This document shows, in pieces, positions 25,939 to 36,028 of a stretch of 47,076 nt of DNA. The DNA is from Ktedonobacterales bacterium. GTDB lineage: Bacteria; Chloroflexota; Ktedonobacteria; Ktedonobacterales; JADMIN01. Numbering within the stretch: position 1 is the first letter of the stretch; the number at the start of each line of letters is the position of its first letter. Position numbers and translations under genes: made by a program. A model generated the notes under the pieces. It was not told the DNA's origin and made no database searches. It was given only the letters and a program-made list of their open reading frames with translations. The stretch is taken from NCBI GenBank assembly GCA_025935235.1, contig JAICVT010000001.1, forward strand, positions 1 to 47,076, read 5' to 3'.

Positions 25939-28110
25939 ATGAGCCAGACAACATTTGATCCCACCACGCCGGGCGGCTCCTCAGAGGGCGCCGCGAACAC
26001 CACCTCCACCGGACAGACTGGACAGACCGGACAGCATGGGCAGAGCGCGCGCCATCGCGCGCCGCGCCGCGGGCGCTCCAGCGCCGCCAAGGCCGCCGAG
26101 AACGCCGCGCAGACCACTGCGCAGCTCGCCGCCGAGCGCGAGGTCGCCGCGCCCGCCAGCGCGACCGCCGCGAGCGACACCCCCGCCGCGACCGCCAGCG
26201 CCGCTGAGGAGCGCCCCGCCGCCGAGCCACGCGGGCGACGCAGCCGTGGCGGCGCCGCGAAGCGTCCCGCGCCACGCGGGAAGTCGGGCGCGCAGCTCAT
26301 CATCACCAAAGCGCCAGAGGAGGAGCGGCCAGCCGACCAGGCGAGCGACGCGAGCGCGACAGCGGAAACGCCAGAAACCGCTGCCCTGGCTGGTGATCCC
26401 ACGATGCCAGTCGCCCAGGCGCTAGCGGAGCCACAGGAGCCAGTCGTCGTGCCAGTCGTCACCGCTGAGCCGACCAGCGAGCCGCCCGCGCCGCCACGCA
26501 AGACGCGCTTTGGCCTGCCGCGCCGCCTGCAACAGCAGCCGTCGCAGCCAGCGGCCAGCGCGCCCGCTACCGCAGCGTCCGCAGCGACCGTCGCCGAGCC
26601 TGCCGCCGAGCCTGCGATCTCCGCCCCTGCGACGGAGGCCGCGCCCGCCGAGCCTGGCTCGCCGCCGACCCCGCGCTACCGCTTCGATCGCTCGCGCCGC
26701 ACGACCATTCCTGGCGCGACGCCGCCACGACCAGAGCGGCTCAGCAGCCAGCGATCTGGTCTCTACACTGACAGCGATGCGGCGACGGAGCCGGTCGCTG
26801 AGCCAGCGGCTGAGTCTGCCCCGCGCGAGCATACCTTCGATCTGCCCTCGCTGGACGCCCTGATCGGCGCCAGTGGCGGCGCGGCTGGCTCTGACCTGCC
26901 GACGCTGGCCTTCGAGTCGCCGGCCGCGAGGGCGGGCGCGGCGCCCGCCACGGCTGACCACGCGGACGAGGCCGAGCAGGCGGAGGAGGGCGAACCATCG
27001 GAGTTGGCGGAGGGGGCTGAGGGGGCAAGCGGCGCATCGCGCCGCCGCCGCCGTCGCCGCCGCAGCGGGCCGGGACATAATGGCGCGCATGGCGCCGACC
27101 AGACCGAGCAGGATGAAGCGCTGGATGACTTGAGCCAGCTCGCGCCAGGAGATGATGCGCTCGACGCGCTCTTTTCTGAGGAGCCGAGCGCCGCGCCAAG
27201 CGAGCCGAGCGAGCCGAGCGAGCCAGAGGCACAGCCCGCGCCGCGTGGCCGCAACACGCGCTTCGGCTATCCGGGCCGCGCGTCGCGCCGCCCAGCAGCC
27301 GAGCCGAACTGGGAGGCCGCGCCGCAGCAGCCAGCCCAGCAGGCACTCACCCAGCAGCCAGCAGCGGAGGTATCGCCCTACAGCAGCCCGGAGCCATCCT
27401 TCGCGCGCGGCTTTGGTCCCGCGCCCAGCGGCGCCGCGATGCCGGTGCGCGAGTCGTATCCGCGCACGAGCCGTGTCGAGCGCGGCGTGGATCCGGTAGC
27501 CGCCGCCGTGGCGCAGGTCGGCGCGGTCATCCGCGAGGCGATTGGCGCGCAGACCGATCGCCTGCTGACCGAGATGCGCCATGCGCAGCCGCCCGCCATC
27601 AACGTTTCGATCCCCAACGCGATGTCTACCGAGCGCGTAGGCGTCTTCGTGGATGTGGCGAACATCGTCTACTCGCTGCGTGGCATGCGCTTCTCTGTGG
27701 ATTTCGGGCGTCTGCTCGACTTCCTGCGGGCCAACCGGCGGCTGGCGCGGGCGCAGGCCTATGCGCCGACCAACCCGGAGCCGGGCGCCGAGCAGAGCTT
27801 CCTCAACGCGGTCAAGGGCATGGGTTATCGCATCACCACCAAGAACTACAAGACCTTCTCGAATGGCGCCAAGAAAGCCGACCTGGACCTCGACCTCTGC
27901 ATGGACATCGTGCGGCTGGTGGAGGCCAAGGCGGTGGACACCATCGTGCTGGTCAGCGGCGATAGCGACTTCCTGCCGCTGCTGGACTTCTGCTACGACC
28001 ACGGCGTGCGCGTGGAGGTGGCCGCCTTCGACGACGCCGCCTCGATGATCCTGCGGCAGAGCTGCGATCTGTTCATCAACCTCTCGCTGGTGGATACCAT
28101 CCGGGGGTAG
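25939..28110 (+). CDS. NYN-domain (LabA/DUF88-like) protein with ~530-aa intrinsically disordered N-terminal region
   Basis: The C-terminal roughly 170 aa read VGVFVDVANIVYS...DLDLDLCMDIVRL...TIVLVSGDSDFLPLL...GVRVEVAAF, a NYN/PIN-like acidic-residue pattern. The N-terminus is A/P/E/R-rich with an RRRRRRRR run. Confidence 0.8.
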   Translation: MSQTTFDPTTPGGSSEGAANTTSTGQTGQTGQHGQSARHRAPRRGRSSAAKAAENAAQTTAQLAAEREVAAPASATAASDTPAATASAAEERPAAEPRGRRSRGGAAKRPAPRGKSGAQLIITKAPEEERPADQASDASATAETPETAALAGDPTMPVAQALAEPQEPVVVPVVTAEPTSEPPAPPRKTRFGLPRRLQQQPSQPAASAPATAASAATVAEPAAEPAISAPATEAAPAEPGSPPTPRYRFDRSRRTTIPGATPPRPERLSSQRSGLYTDSDAATEPVAEPAAESAPREHTFDLPSLDALIGASGGAAGSDLPTLAFESPAARAGAAPATADHADEAEQAEEGEPSELAEGAEGASGASRRRRRRRRSGPGHNGAHGADQTEQDEALDDLSQLAPGDDALDALFSEEPSAAPSEPSEPSEPEAQPAPRGRNTRFGYPGRASRRPAAEPNWEAAPQQPAQQALTQQPAAEVSPYSSPEPSFARGFGPAPSGAAMPVRESYPRTSRVERGVDPVAAAVAQVGAVIREAIGAQTDRLLTEMRHAQPPAINVSIPNAMSTERVGVFVDVANIVYSLRGMRFSVDFGRLLDFLRANRRLARAQAYAPTNPEPGAEQSFLNAVKGMGYRITTKNYKTFSNGAKKADLDLDLCMDIVRLVEAKAVDTIVLVSGDSDFLPLLDFCYDHGVRVEVAAFDDAASMILRQSCDLFINLSLVDTIRG

Positions 28111-28152
28111 AACCTCACCCCCAGCCCTTTCTCCCGCGAGGAGAAGGGGAGC
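28111..28152 (-). repeat. GC-rich palindromic dispersed repeat (family copy 5, inverted)
   Basis: aacctcacccccagccctttctcccgcgaggagaaggggagc starts 1 nt after the NYN gene stop. Confidence 0.85.
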
Positions 28153-28160
28153 CGGAAGAG

Positions 28161-28198
28161 CGCCCCGACCTGCGCGCAAAATGCGCGCAGGCGGGGCG
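28161..28198. terminator. Terminator-like hairpin between convergent genes
   Basis: cctgcgcgc-aaaat-gcgcgcagg forms a 9-bp perfect stem, extended by cgccccga/cggggcg. Confidence 0.5.
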
Positions 28199-28251
28199 CT
28201 CGCCGCATGGCGTGCGCGGCGCCATCAGATCGCCAGCAGTGGCGGTTATCG

Positions 28252-28959
28252 TCAGGCTCGCGTGATCTGGACAATGCTGGCCACGCCGCCGTTGCCTGGG
28301 CATCCGTCGCTGGTGACGGAGAGGCAGACTTGCGCCGAGACGTCATCTTGCATGAAGAAGTGGTAGTAACCAGGAGCCAGTGTCGCGGGCAGCGTGAAGG
28401 ACGCGGATTCATCCCCGCCGCTCCAGGTGGTGATGTGGATGGGGCTGGCGCTGGCGACGATGGGGCCGGACGGAGGAAAGCTGTTCGGCGGACCGTTTCC
28501 GGGCGGCGGCGAGCGTGGCTGTTCGTCAGCAGCAGCGGCGGCGCGCGAGGCGAACGGTCCGATAAGGCCAGTGACTAGCAGTTCGGGTATTGGCTGCGTG
28601 CTGACCAGCGACGGATTGGGCAGCGCACACCACAGAAAGCGTACCGTGGCGCCGGGGTGGTAGACAAGTTGCCGTGGGAGAGGGCCGAGCGCCAGGCGCG
28701 CATACGAGCGATGGGCGCCGGGAGGGGTCGTGGGTGGCGCGGCCAGCGGTGTCGGGATCGCGGCACGCGCGGCGGGGCAGGTCAAGGACGACACGCGATG
28801 GTTCGTCGTGGCGCCATCTAGGCCAGGCACAGGGCCACCCAACGCTCCATACACGGCAAGCGCCAGCAGCGCGCAGATCATACTCAGGAGGAACACCGAG
28901 CGGCGGGGCCGCTGGAAGAGGTAGGTCACCCAACTCGGAGTGTGTCGCATCACACCCAT
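28252..28959 (-). CDS. Hypothetical signal-anchored secreted protein
   Basis: 235-aa ORF with N-terminal hydrophobic segment VFLLSMICALLALAVYGAL, a Pro-rich linker and a beta-rich C-terminal region. No recognisable family. Confidence 0.5.
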   Translation of the reverse strand: MGVMRHTPSWVTYLFQRPRRSVFLLSMICALLALAVYGALGGPVPGLDGATTNHRVSSLTCPAARAAIPTPLAAPPTTPPGAHRSYARLALGPLPRQLVYHPGATVRFLWCALPNPSLVSTQPIPELLVTGLIGPFASRAAAAADEQPRSPPPGNGPPNSFPPSGPIVASASPIHITTWSGGDESASFTLPATLAPGYYHFFMQDDVSAQVCLSVTSDGCPGNGGVASIVQITRA

Positions 28960-29262
28960 CCTTTGCCCATCCCTTGATGATCGCAGCGGTTTCGCTGCTC
29001 GCGACTCTCCGCTTTCACCGTCAGGCGCTCGCGCCCGGAGAACGCTACAGAACGCATGCGCGCGGCCTGAGCCAAGCGGATGGCGTGGCGCCTTCGCGCT
29101 GATGATACGACATGAGCGCGCACATGGCTGATGACGAAGGTGTCGAGTTGCTCACCCGCCCTCACGGCCTCCTCTCCTCGTGGGAGATCGGATGAGGGCC
29201 GAACTTCCCGCCTGCACGCTTTGCACACGGACGGGCGTTGTCAGGCGGCGAGCGAATCCAGT

Positions 29263-32037
29263 CTACGCGGGGAGCATCTCTGCGACTCTCGCGAGATCGA
29301 GCGCCTGCTGGATCGTGAGCTGCTGGCCAATCTCCGTGGCGCGGGCGACCTCGTCGGCTGAGAGCGCCGCCCGCGCTTGCTCGACAAACTCGCGACCGGC
29401 TGTCTCTTCGGAGTAGACGTTGACAATCCCTTCCTGGTGAGCATAGACCTCCGCCGCGGCGGCGATCTGTACCGCCCGGTCGGGTCGGCGCTCAACAAAC
29501 TCGGTGGAGGCCAGCCCGATCAGCGCCAGTCCGACTCCGCGGACGCTCCCTACGTCAGCATAGGCGCGCGCGGAGTCGAGGAAGGAGCGGCGCGCATCTG
29601 CCGTGTCCTCGCGCCGCAGGAAGATCCAGGCCGTCTCATCGAGGATACGGGCCTCCTCGGCGCGATCGCCGATCGTCTCGAATGCGGCGAGCGCCTGCGC
29701 ATAGAGGTCGAGAGCGCCTGCGAGGTCGCCACGGCCAGCCGCCAGAGCGGCAAGCCCGCCAAGCGTGAGGCCAGTGCCCTCCTTGTCGCCGAGTCGCCGC
29801 TGGATGTCGAGCGCCTGGGAGTAGCGCGCGTGCGCGGTGTCCAGGTCGCCGTTGGCAGTGCGCAGGATGCCTTCGATCGTCAAAGCCATCTCCTGGCCCC
29901 AGGCGAACCCCATCGCCTGGCTCTGCTCGATGCCCTTTGCTGTCCACCGAAGCCCCGCGTCGAGATCAAATCCGAGCAGCCCCAGGCCGATGACAAACGC
30001 CGCCACACAGCGCTCGTGATCGTCGCGCAGCTCGTCCGCGATGGCATAGGACTCTGCCCATAGCTCGTTCGCACGCGCAAACTCACCTAGCACCCACCAC
30101 GCTAGCCCCGCCGTTCTCAGAGCGCCAGATCGTCCGACGGTGCGCGAGCCACTCGCGTCCGTGGCGAGGAAGGCCGAAGCGTAGTCACGGGAGGTGAGAT
30201 TCTTGCCCCGAATGTGCCAATACATGTAGAGATCGCCGCACAGTCGCATGCCCGCTTCGGCGGCGGTCGCGTCACCACTCTGAGCCAGCTTCAGGAAGCT
30301 GTCGAGGGCAGCCTGGAGGTTGCCCTCCTCGGCGATGCCGCGTTCGAGCGAGGCCACCTGAGCGCTCCCCTCGATGCCGTCGCGAATCTCGTGGGCAAGC
30401 CCCGCGTAGCGCTGGGCGTGCCGCAGCGTGATCGCATCCGCCTCACCAGCGGCTTCGAGCCGCTCGCGGCTGTACTCGCCAATCGTCTGCAACAGCCGCA
30501 GCCGGTTGCTCTGGATATCCACCTGCACGAGCGCCTTGTCGACAAGTGACTCCAGCTCATCGAGGCACGACCCGCCTGGGTCCGCGCAGATCGCCTCGAC
30601 ATCAGCGAAGTCGCACCCGCCGACGAACACCGCCAGGCGCCGGAAGAGACGCTGCTCGCTCTCGGTGAGCAACGAATGGCTCCAGTCAATCGCTGCACGG
30701 AGCGTCTGGTGGCGCGAGGGTTGGTCGCGCTGGCCGGTGGTGAGCAGGTTCAGCGCGTGGTCAAGCCGTTCCACCAGCGCCTGCGCGGAAAGCAGCCGCA
30801 GCCGCGCGGCGGCAAGCTCGAGCGCCAGCGGCAGGCCATCCAGGCGGCGGCACACCGCGACGATGGCGCTCGCATTCTCGGGTGTCAGTGCGAACGATGG
30901 CTTTGTGGCGCTGGCGCGTTCGACAAACAGCGCGATGGCGGGGTATTCCAGAAGCGAGGCGACCGACGCCAGATCGGAGCCGACGACTGACGCCGAATCT
31001 GGGGCGGGGAGGGCCAGTGGCGCCAGGGAATACTCACGTTCCGCGGCGATGCGCAGCGGTGTCCTGCTGGTGGTCACGATGCGCAGGCGTGGGCAGCTCT
31101 CCACCAGGCGGGCCACCTCGGGCGCGGCCTGCACGACCTGCTCCAGATTGTCCAGCAGCAGCAGCGCGCGCTTGTCCCCGAGGAGGGCGATGACGCCCTG
31201 GCCAGCCGTGCGGCCCTCCGCCTCCTTCACGTCCAGCGCCGCCGCCAGAGCGGGAAGGAAATTCGCCGGATCGCTGATGTCGGCCATCGGGATATAGGCG
31301 ACGCCATCCAAAAACTCAGGCGCGAGCAGTCGGCCGAGTTCGCCGAGCGCGCTGGTCTTGCCGACACCACCCGGCCCCGTAATCGTGACAACCCGCGCGC
31401 TCCGAACCAGCTCGGCCAGCGCCGCCAGGTCGGTGGATCGCCCAACCAGTGGCGAGCCGGACTCGGGCAGGTTGTTCGGCAGGTTGGCGTAACGCTCGCC
31501 TTTGCCTTCCAGCGCTTGCGGATCTGGCACAACGATGCCATCAGCCGAAACCGCGTATAACTCGATTGGCCGTCCGACGTTCTTGAGTCGGAACCGTCCC
31601 AGGCTGACAAGGCTCACGTCGTGCCGGTTCTTGAGCTGGTCGCGCGCAGAGTCGGACAGCATCACTCCGCCCGGGACCGCGAAGGATTCGATGCGCGAGG
31701 CGATGTTGACTGCATCGCCTGTGAGGCGCTCAGGCTCGACGAACACCTCGCCTACATGCACACCGATGCGCACGGGGATATTCTGCTGGGCAAGTTCGCG
31801 CTGGATGGCGACAGCGGCCTGCGTTGCCGCCAGCGCGCTCGGAAACATGCTCATGCTGCCGTCACCGAGCCGCTGAACAATGCTCCCGCCGAAGGACTGG
31901 TGCTGGCGCTCGACCGCGCGCATGTAGCGGTCGCGCCTGTCGACAGCCAGGCGCTCGTCGGCCTGGATCAGCGCTGTATAGCCGACCATATCGGTGAACA
32001 TCACCGCGACGAGCCGCCGATCGAGATCCTGCATCAC
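29263..32037 (-). CDS. Class III adenylate/guanylate cyclase domain + STAND P-loop NTPase + TPR protein
   Basis: Cyclase motifs are VMFTDMVGYT, GDGSMSMF, RIGVHVGEV and GDAVNIASRIES. Walker A is ITGPGGVGKTS and Walker B is LLLLDNLEQ. The C-terminal part is TPR-like helical repeats. Confidence 0.9.
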   Translation of the reverse strand: MMQDLDRRLVAVMFTDMVGYTALIQADERLAVDRRDRYMRAVERQHQSFGGSIVQRLGDGSMSMFPSALAATQAAVAIQRELAQQNIPVRIGVHVGEVFVEPERLTGDAVNIASRIESFAVPGGVMLSDSARDQLKNRHDVSLVSLGRFRLKNVGRPIELYAVSADGIVVPDPQALEGKGERYANLPNNLPESGSPLVGRSTDLAALAELVRSARVVTITGPGGVGKTSALGELGRLLAPEFLDGVAYIPMADISDPANFLPALAAALDVKEAEGRTAGQGVIALLGDKRALLLLDNLEQVVQAAPEVARLVESCPRLRIVTTSRTPLRIAAEREYSLAPLALPAPDSASVVGSDLASVASLLEYPAIALFVERASATKPSFALTPENASAIVAVCRRLDGLPLALELAAARLRLLSAQALVERLDHALNLLTTGQRDQPSRHQTLRAAIDWSHSLLTESEQRLFRRLAVFVGGCDFADVEAICADPGGSCLDELESLVDKALVQVDIQSNRLRLLQTIGEYSRERLEAAGEADAITLRHAQRYAGLAHEIRDGIEGSAQVASLERGIAEEGNLQAALDSFLKLAQSGDATAAEAGMRLCGDLYMYWHIRGKNLTSRDYASAFLATDASGSRTVGRSGALRTAGLAWWVLGEFARANELWAESYAIADELRDDHERCVAAFVIGLGLLGFDLDAGLRWTAKGIEQSQAMGFAWGQEMALTIEGILRTANGDLDTAHARYSQALDIQRRLGDKEGTGLTLGGLAALAAGRGDLAGALDLYAQALAAFETIGDRAEEARILDETAWIFLRREDTADARRSFLDSARAYADVGSVRGVGLALIGLASTEFVERRPDRAVQIAAAAEVYAHQEGIVNVYSEETAGREFVEQARAALSADEVARATEIGQQLTIQQALDLARVAEMLPA

Positions 32038-32197
32038 CGCTCCCTCCCCTCCCGATGTTCCTGCCCCTTCCGGTGAGATGGAGTATTGCTGCGCATCCTA
32101 CCACGACTGGGCGCGCATCGTGTATGCTGGCGTGGGGCGGGCGTGAGGGGCGCGCCGACCCTCTGTGTTGGCCAGTCGTGAAAAGGATTGAGCGCGC

Positions 32198-32755
32198 ATG
32201 CTTCCCGCCGCCTTCGTTCCCTTCTTCGCCGCCAGCATGGGCGCGGCTGGCGCGCTGATCGGCCTGCTCTTCATCGCCATCTCCATCGCGCCAGAGCGCA
32301 CGGTCGGCAAGGCCGCGGCCCCTGAGCGCGCGGCGCTGGCAGGCAACGCCTTCACCGCGCTTACCAATGTCTTCTTCATCTCGCTGGTGGCGCTCATTCC
32401 CACGGCGGGTGTGGGGCCAGTGGTAGCTCTGATGGGCGCGCTCTCGTGCGTGGCGACCTCGCGTCTGGCGATCAACCTGCTGCGCCGCCGCGACGATGGC
32501 AAGCGCCTGACACTGACGCAACTCGCTCGGCGCCTGTCGCTGATCGTCGCCAGCCTGGTAATCTATGGACTGGAGATCTGGCAGGGCTTCCAGCTACCCA
32601 CCACAGCCAACGTCAACCCCGACGCGATCATCTTCGTCGCGTTCCTGATCGTCGCCACCTACGGGCTGGCGCTGACGCGCATGTGGAGTCTGCTGGGCGC
32701 GCGCAAAGATAGCGTCTTCGCCTGGCTCAACGTGCTCAACGATATCGAGGAGTAG
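32198..32755 (+). CDS. Hypothetical integral membrane protein (about 4 TM helices)
   Basis: 185-aa ORF with four hydrophobic helices and high GC3. Divergent from the cyclase-STAND gene. Confidence 0.55.
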   Translation: MLPAAFVPFFAASMGAAGALIGLLFIAISIAPERTVGKAAAPERAALAGNAFTALTNVFFISLVALIPTAGVGPVVALMGALSCVATSRLAINLLRRRDDGKRLTLTQLARRLSLIVASLVIYGLEIWQGFQLPTTANVNPDAIIFVAFLIVATYGLALTRMWSLLGARKDSVFAWLNVLNDIEE

Positions 32756-32800
32756 CCCCCACCCTCCAACCCCTCCCCCGCTGTGCGGGAGAGGGGAGCC
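32756..32800 (-). repeat. GC-rich palindromic dispersed repeat (family copy 6, inverted, degenerate)
   Basis: cccccaccctccaacccctcccccgctgtgcgggagaggggagcc begins right after the stop at 32755. Confidence 0.75.
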
Positions 32801-32844
32801 ACGGCCCTATCGCTGGCCAGCGCGCTATCCGCCTGGAAAAGACA

Positions 32845-32887
32845 ACCTCCCCTCGCCCTCGGGGAGAGGGGCAGGGGTGAGGGCCGC
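32845..32887 (+). repeat. GC-rich palindromic dispersed repeat (family copy 7)
   Basis: cctcccctcgccctcggggagaggggcaggggtgagggccgcg forms an inverted pair with copy 6. Confidence 0.85.
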
Positions 32888-32893
32888 GCCACA

Positions 32894-35059
32894 TCATTCG
32901 CGGCGGGGTGGCGCTGACGAGCGGCGGCTTGAGCGCGTGTTCGGCGAGACCGCGCTGGTCGGGCTAGAGGAGCGCATCTCGCTCGACGCGCCGCCCTTCG
33001 CCGCGCCACGCGCCCCGGCGCCATTGGCTCCGTGGGCCCGCCCCGCGCGTGGTGGGCCGACGCGCACCGGACGCGACACGCTCTGCGCCAGCCGCGCCAG
33101 CGGCTTGATGGGGTCCAGGCTGAGTGTGTTCTTGCGCACGCGTTTCCGTCGGCCCGTCGCGATCTTGGGCGAGGTCTGGTCGCCAACGCGCTTGGCGGCG
33201 GGCAGCAGCACCGTGAAGGTGGTCCCACGACCGGGAACGCTCTCCACCTTGATCTCGCCGTGGTGCGCCTCGGTGATCCACCTGGCGATGGCCAGCCCCA
33301 GCCCGCTGCCATGCTCATCGCGCTCGCGGGCGCGGTCGGCGCGATAGAAGCGCTCAAAGATGTGCGGCAGATCACTCTCCTGGATGCCGATGCCCGTATC
33401 GCTGACCGTCAGCGTGGCGAACGGCCCAAGCTGCCCAACGGCGATCGTGATGGAGCCATCGCGCGGGGTGTATTTGATGGCATTGTCCAGCAGGATCATC
33501 CCCAACTGGCGCGCCTGCCCCGGATCGGCCATGATGCTGACCGGTGCGATCTCCGTCACCGAGAGATTGATATGCTTGCGCAGCGCCCGCAGGTGCGACT
33601 GGCCCGAGCGGTACAACTCCATCGCCAGCTGATCCATCTCGACGACCTCGCGGCGGCCTGAGAGCTGTTCATCCAGCAGGGTCGCGCGGGCGCCGCGACT
33701 GGCCGAGGCCGCGTCTACCCGCGCCAGCATCAGCAGATCGCTCACCAGCGTCGCCATGCGCTCGGCCTCAACGTAGGCGTCGTCAATGATCTCGGCGCGC
33801 TCTTCCGATGAGAGGCGCGGCGCCTGGCGCAGCAGCTCCAGATTGCCGCGAATGGTGGTCAGCGGGGCGCGCAGCTCGTGTGAGGCGTCGCTGACGAAGC
33901 GGCGCTGGGCGTCGGCCACCTGCTCCAGCGAGGCCAGCATCTCGTTGAACGTGCTGACCAGCTCGCCGACCTCATCTTTCGCCCCGCGATAGCGCACGCG
34001 CGTCCCCAGCCCCGCCGCGCTGGCGTCGCGGGCGATGGCGCTGGCGGCGCGCGTGATGGTGGTGATGGGGCGCAGGCTGCTCTCGGCGATCAGCCAGCCG
34101 CCCAGCAGCGCGCAGAAGATGGCCACCAGATCGCCGATCAGCAGGATGCGTCCCAGCGTGCTGAGCGCGTTGTTGACATCTTCCTCCGACTTCGCCACCA
34201 GCACCACGCCGGCGATCTGGTCGGCGGCGGAGGCCACCGGCCCACCGCTGGGGGTCGGCGTCGGCGTGGCGCTCGCGCCGGGCGAACGCCCGGTATTGCG
34301 CGGCGTAATCTCGATTGGCTGCACGTAGATTGCCAGCAGCGCGCCATCCACCCGCGCCGAGTAGGAGCCAGAGACACCGCGCAGCGCGTCGTTGACCACG
34401 GCATAGTTGATCGGCAGCGAGCGCCCGTTCAGCGAGGGCGCCAGATATTTGAGCCGCCCCCCCGAATCCAGCACCTCGAAGCCCAGATCGAGCCGACCCA
34501 GCACATCCGGCACGGTCAGCGTCAACTGCTTCTGGATGGCCGCATTGGTGGCGGGGTCAGGCGTTGTCGCCGGCGAGGGGACCACAGTAGGCGTCTCGTT
34601 GGCGGTGGCGCCCGCCGTGGCCGTGGCATTGGCGCTGGCGGTCGTATTGGGCTTCGGCGTCGGCTGCGCGGTGGCGCTGGGCGTCGCGGTCGGGACGACG
34701 ACTGTGCTGGTGGGCGCGCTGGATGGCGTGCCAGATGGCAGCACGCTCGATCCGCCATCTGACGAGTATTGCTCGTGTTGCAGCGCTCCGGCGATGGTGA
34801 TGGCGCGCACGCGGATATCGGAGTTCAGATTGGTCTGAATCTGGTTCTCGGCGATGGTGAAGGTCACGGCAGAGAGCAACGTCAGCAGCGCGATCAGCAG
34901 CGTGGCGTACCACAACGTCAGACGTTGGCGGATGGACAGCCGCTCGGCCAGCCAGATGCGCGCCCGCCGGAAGGGTGTCATCGGGCGGCTCGCGCTCGTC
35001 TCCCTCGCGGCGCGGCCAGAAGAGCCGCCAGATGGATCGGGCGGTAGTTCAATCGCCAT
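32894..35059 (-). CDS. Sensor histidine kinase (TM, large extracytoplasmic domain, HAMP, HisKA, HATPase_c) with basic C-terminal tail
   Basis: H-box is RRFVSDASHELRAPLTTI. N, G1 and G2 boxes are LDNAIKYTP, DTGIGI and GSGLGLAIA. GGAGGA lies 9 nt before the ATG at 35059, and the ORF is open to 35146. Partner of the upstream OmpR-type regulator. Confidence 0.9.
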   Translation of the reverse strand: MAIELPPDPSGGSSGRAARETSASRPMTPFRRARIWLAERLSIRQRLTLWYATLLIALLTLLSAVTFTIAENQIQTNLNSDIRVRAITIAGALQHEQYSSDGGSSVLPSGTPSSAPTSTVVVPTATPSATAQPTPKPNTTASANATATAGATANETPTVVPSPATTPDPATNAAIQKQLTLTVPDVLGRLDLGFEVLDSGGRLKYLAPSLNGRSLPINYAVVNDALRGVSGSYSARVDGALLAIYVQPIEITPRNTGRSPGASATPTPTPSGGPVASAADQIAGVVLVAKSEEDVNNALSTLGRILLIGDLVAIFCALLGGWLIAESSLRPITTITRAASAIARDASAAGLGTRVRYRGAKDEVGELVSTFNEMLASLEQVADAQRRFVSDASHELRAPLTTIRGNLELLRQAPRLSSEERAEIIDDAYVEAERMATLVSDLLMLARVDAASASRGARATLLDEQLSGRREVVEMDQLAMELYRSGQSHLRALRKHINLSVTEIAPVSIMADPGQARQLGMILLDNAIKYTPRDGSITIAVGQLGPFATLTVSDTGIGIQESDLPHIFERFYRADRARERDEHGSGLGLAIARWITEAHHGEIKVESVPGRGTTFTVLLPAAKRVGDQTSPKIATGRRKRVRKNTLSLDPIKPLARLAQSVSRPVRVGPPRAGRAHGANGAGARGAAKGGASSEMRSSSPTSAVSPNTRSSRRSSAPPRRE

Positions 35060-35154
35060 CTCGTCTCGTCCTCCGCAGCGTCCGTCTGTCTCATCCGCGT
35101 GGTATACGCAGCGCGCCATCCTTCGTGCGGCGCACGCTCTGCTCACCCCGCTCG

Positions 35155-35853
35155 CTAGCTCTTCGGGTCACTCTCGCTCTTCTCGCGCAGCGCATATCCT
35201 GCCCCGCGCACCGTGTGCAACAGGCGCGGCTCGCCTGCGGCCTCCAGCTTGGAGCGCAGATAGCCGACATAGACCTCCAGCACGTTCGACGCGCCGCCAA
35301 AGTCATAGCCCCAGACGCGCTCCATGATGATGTCGCGCGTGAGCACCTGGCGCGGGCGCCGCATGAAGAGCTGGAGCAATTCGTATTCCGTCGTCGAAAG
35401 CTCGATCTCACGCTGGCCGCGATGCGCGACGCGCGTGCCGGTATCCAGCTCCAGATCGTTGAAGCGCAGCACCTCGGTCTGCTCAGGATTGCGCCGCCGC
35501 AGCAGCGCCCGCACCCGCGCTTGCAACTCATCCAGCTGGGCTGGCTTGACCAGATAGTCGTCGGCGCCCGTGTCCAGCCCCTTAACGCGGTCAGTCACGG
35601 CGTCGCGGGCCGTCACCATCAGGATCGGCGTCTGGTCGCCAGACTGGCGCAGGCGCGAGCAGATCTCGAAGCCCGTCATGCCGGGCAGCATCAGATCCAG
35701 GATATAGAGGTCAGGCGGGCGCTCTAGCGCCTTCTGCAGCGCCTCCGGCCCGGTGTGCGCCACATCCACGCTGTACCCCTCATAGGCCAGCGCGCGACGC
35801 CAGGTCTCGGTGATGCGCCGGTCGTCGTCCACGACTAATATATGCGCTTTCAT
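35155..35853 (-). CDS. OmpR/PhoB-family response regulator
   Basis: Receiver is ILVVDDD...[11 protein letters not shown]...ILMVTA. The winged-helix output contains [12 protein letters not shown]...[14 protein letters not shown]. The ATG at 35853 has an upstream AAGGA. Confidence 0.92.
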   Translation of the reverse strand: MKAHILVVDDDRRITETWRRALAYEGYSVDVAHTGPEALQKALERPPDLYILDLMLPGMTGFEICSRLRQSGDQTPILMVTARDAVTDRVKGLDTGADDYLVKPAQLDELQARVRALLRRRNPEQTEVLRFNDLELDTGTRVAHRGQREIELSTTEYELLQLFMRRPRQVLTRDIIMERVWGYDFGGASNVLEVYVGYLRSKLEAAGEPRLLHTVRGAGYALREKSESDPKS

Positions 35854-36028
35854 AGAATTTCCGCCGTCCTTTCGCGCGTGGATCTCCTCCATTGTACGCC
35901 ACGCGGCGCTACGCCCGGCGCCAAAGACGCGGTAAGTACTCTTATGTACAATTCAGGTGTGACTCACGTGCGTCTCATGCCGCCATGCGAGACTGATACC
36001 TGCACAACACGACACGAAGGAGGGACGC

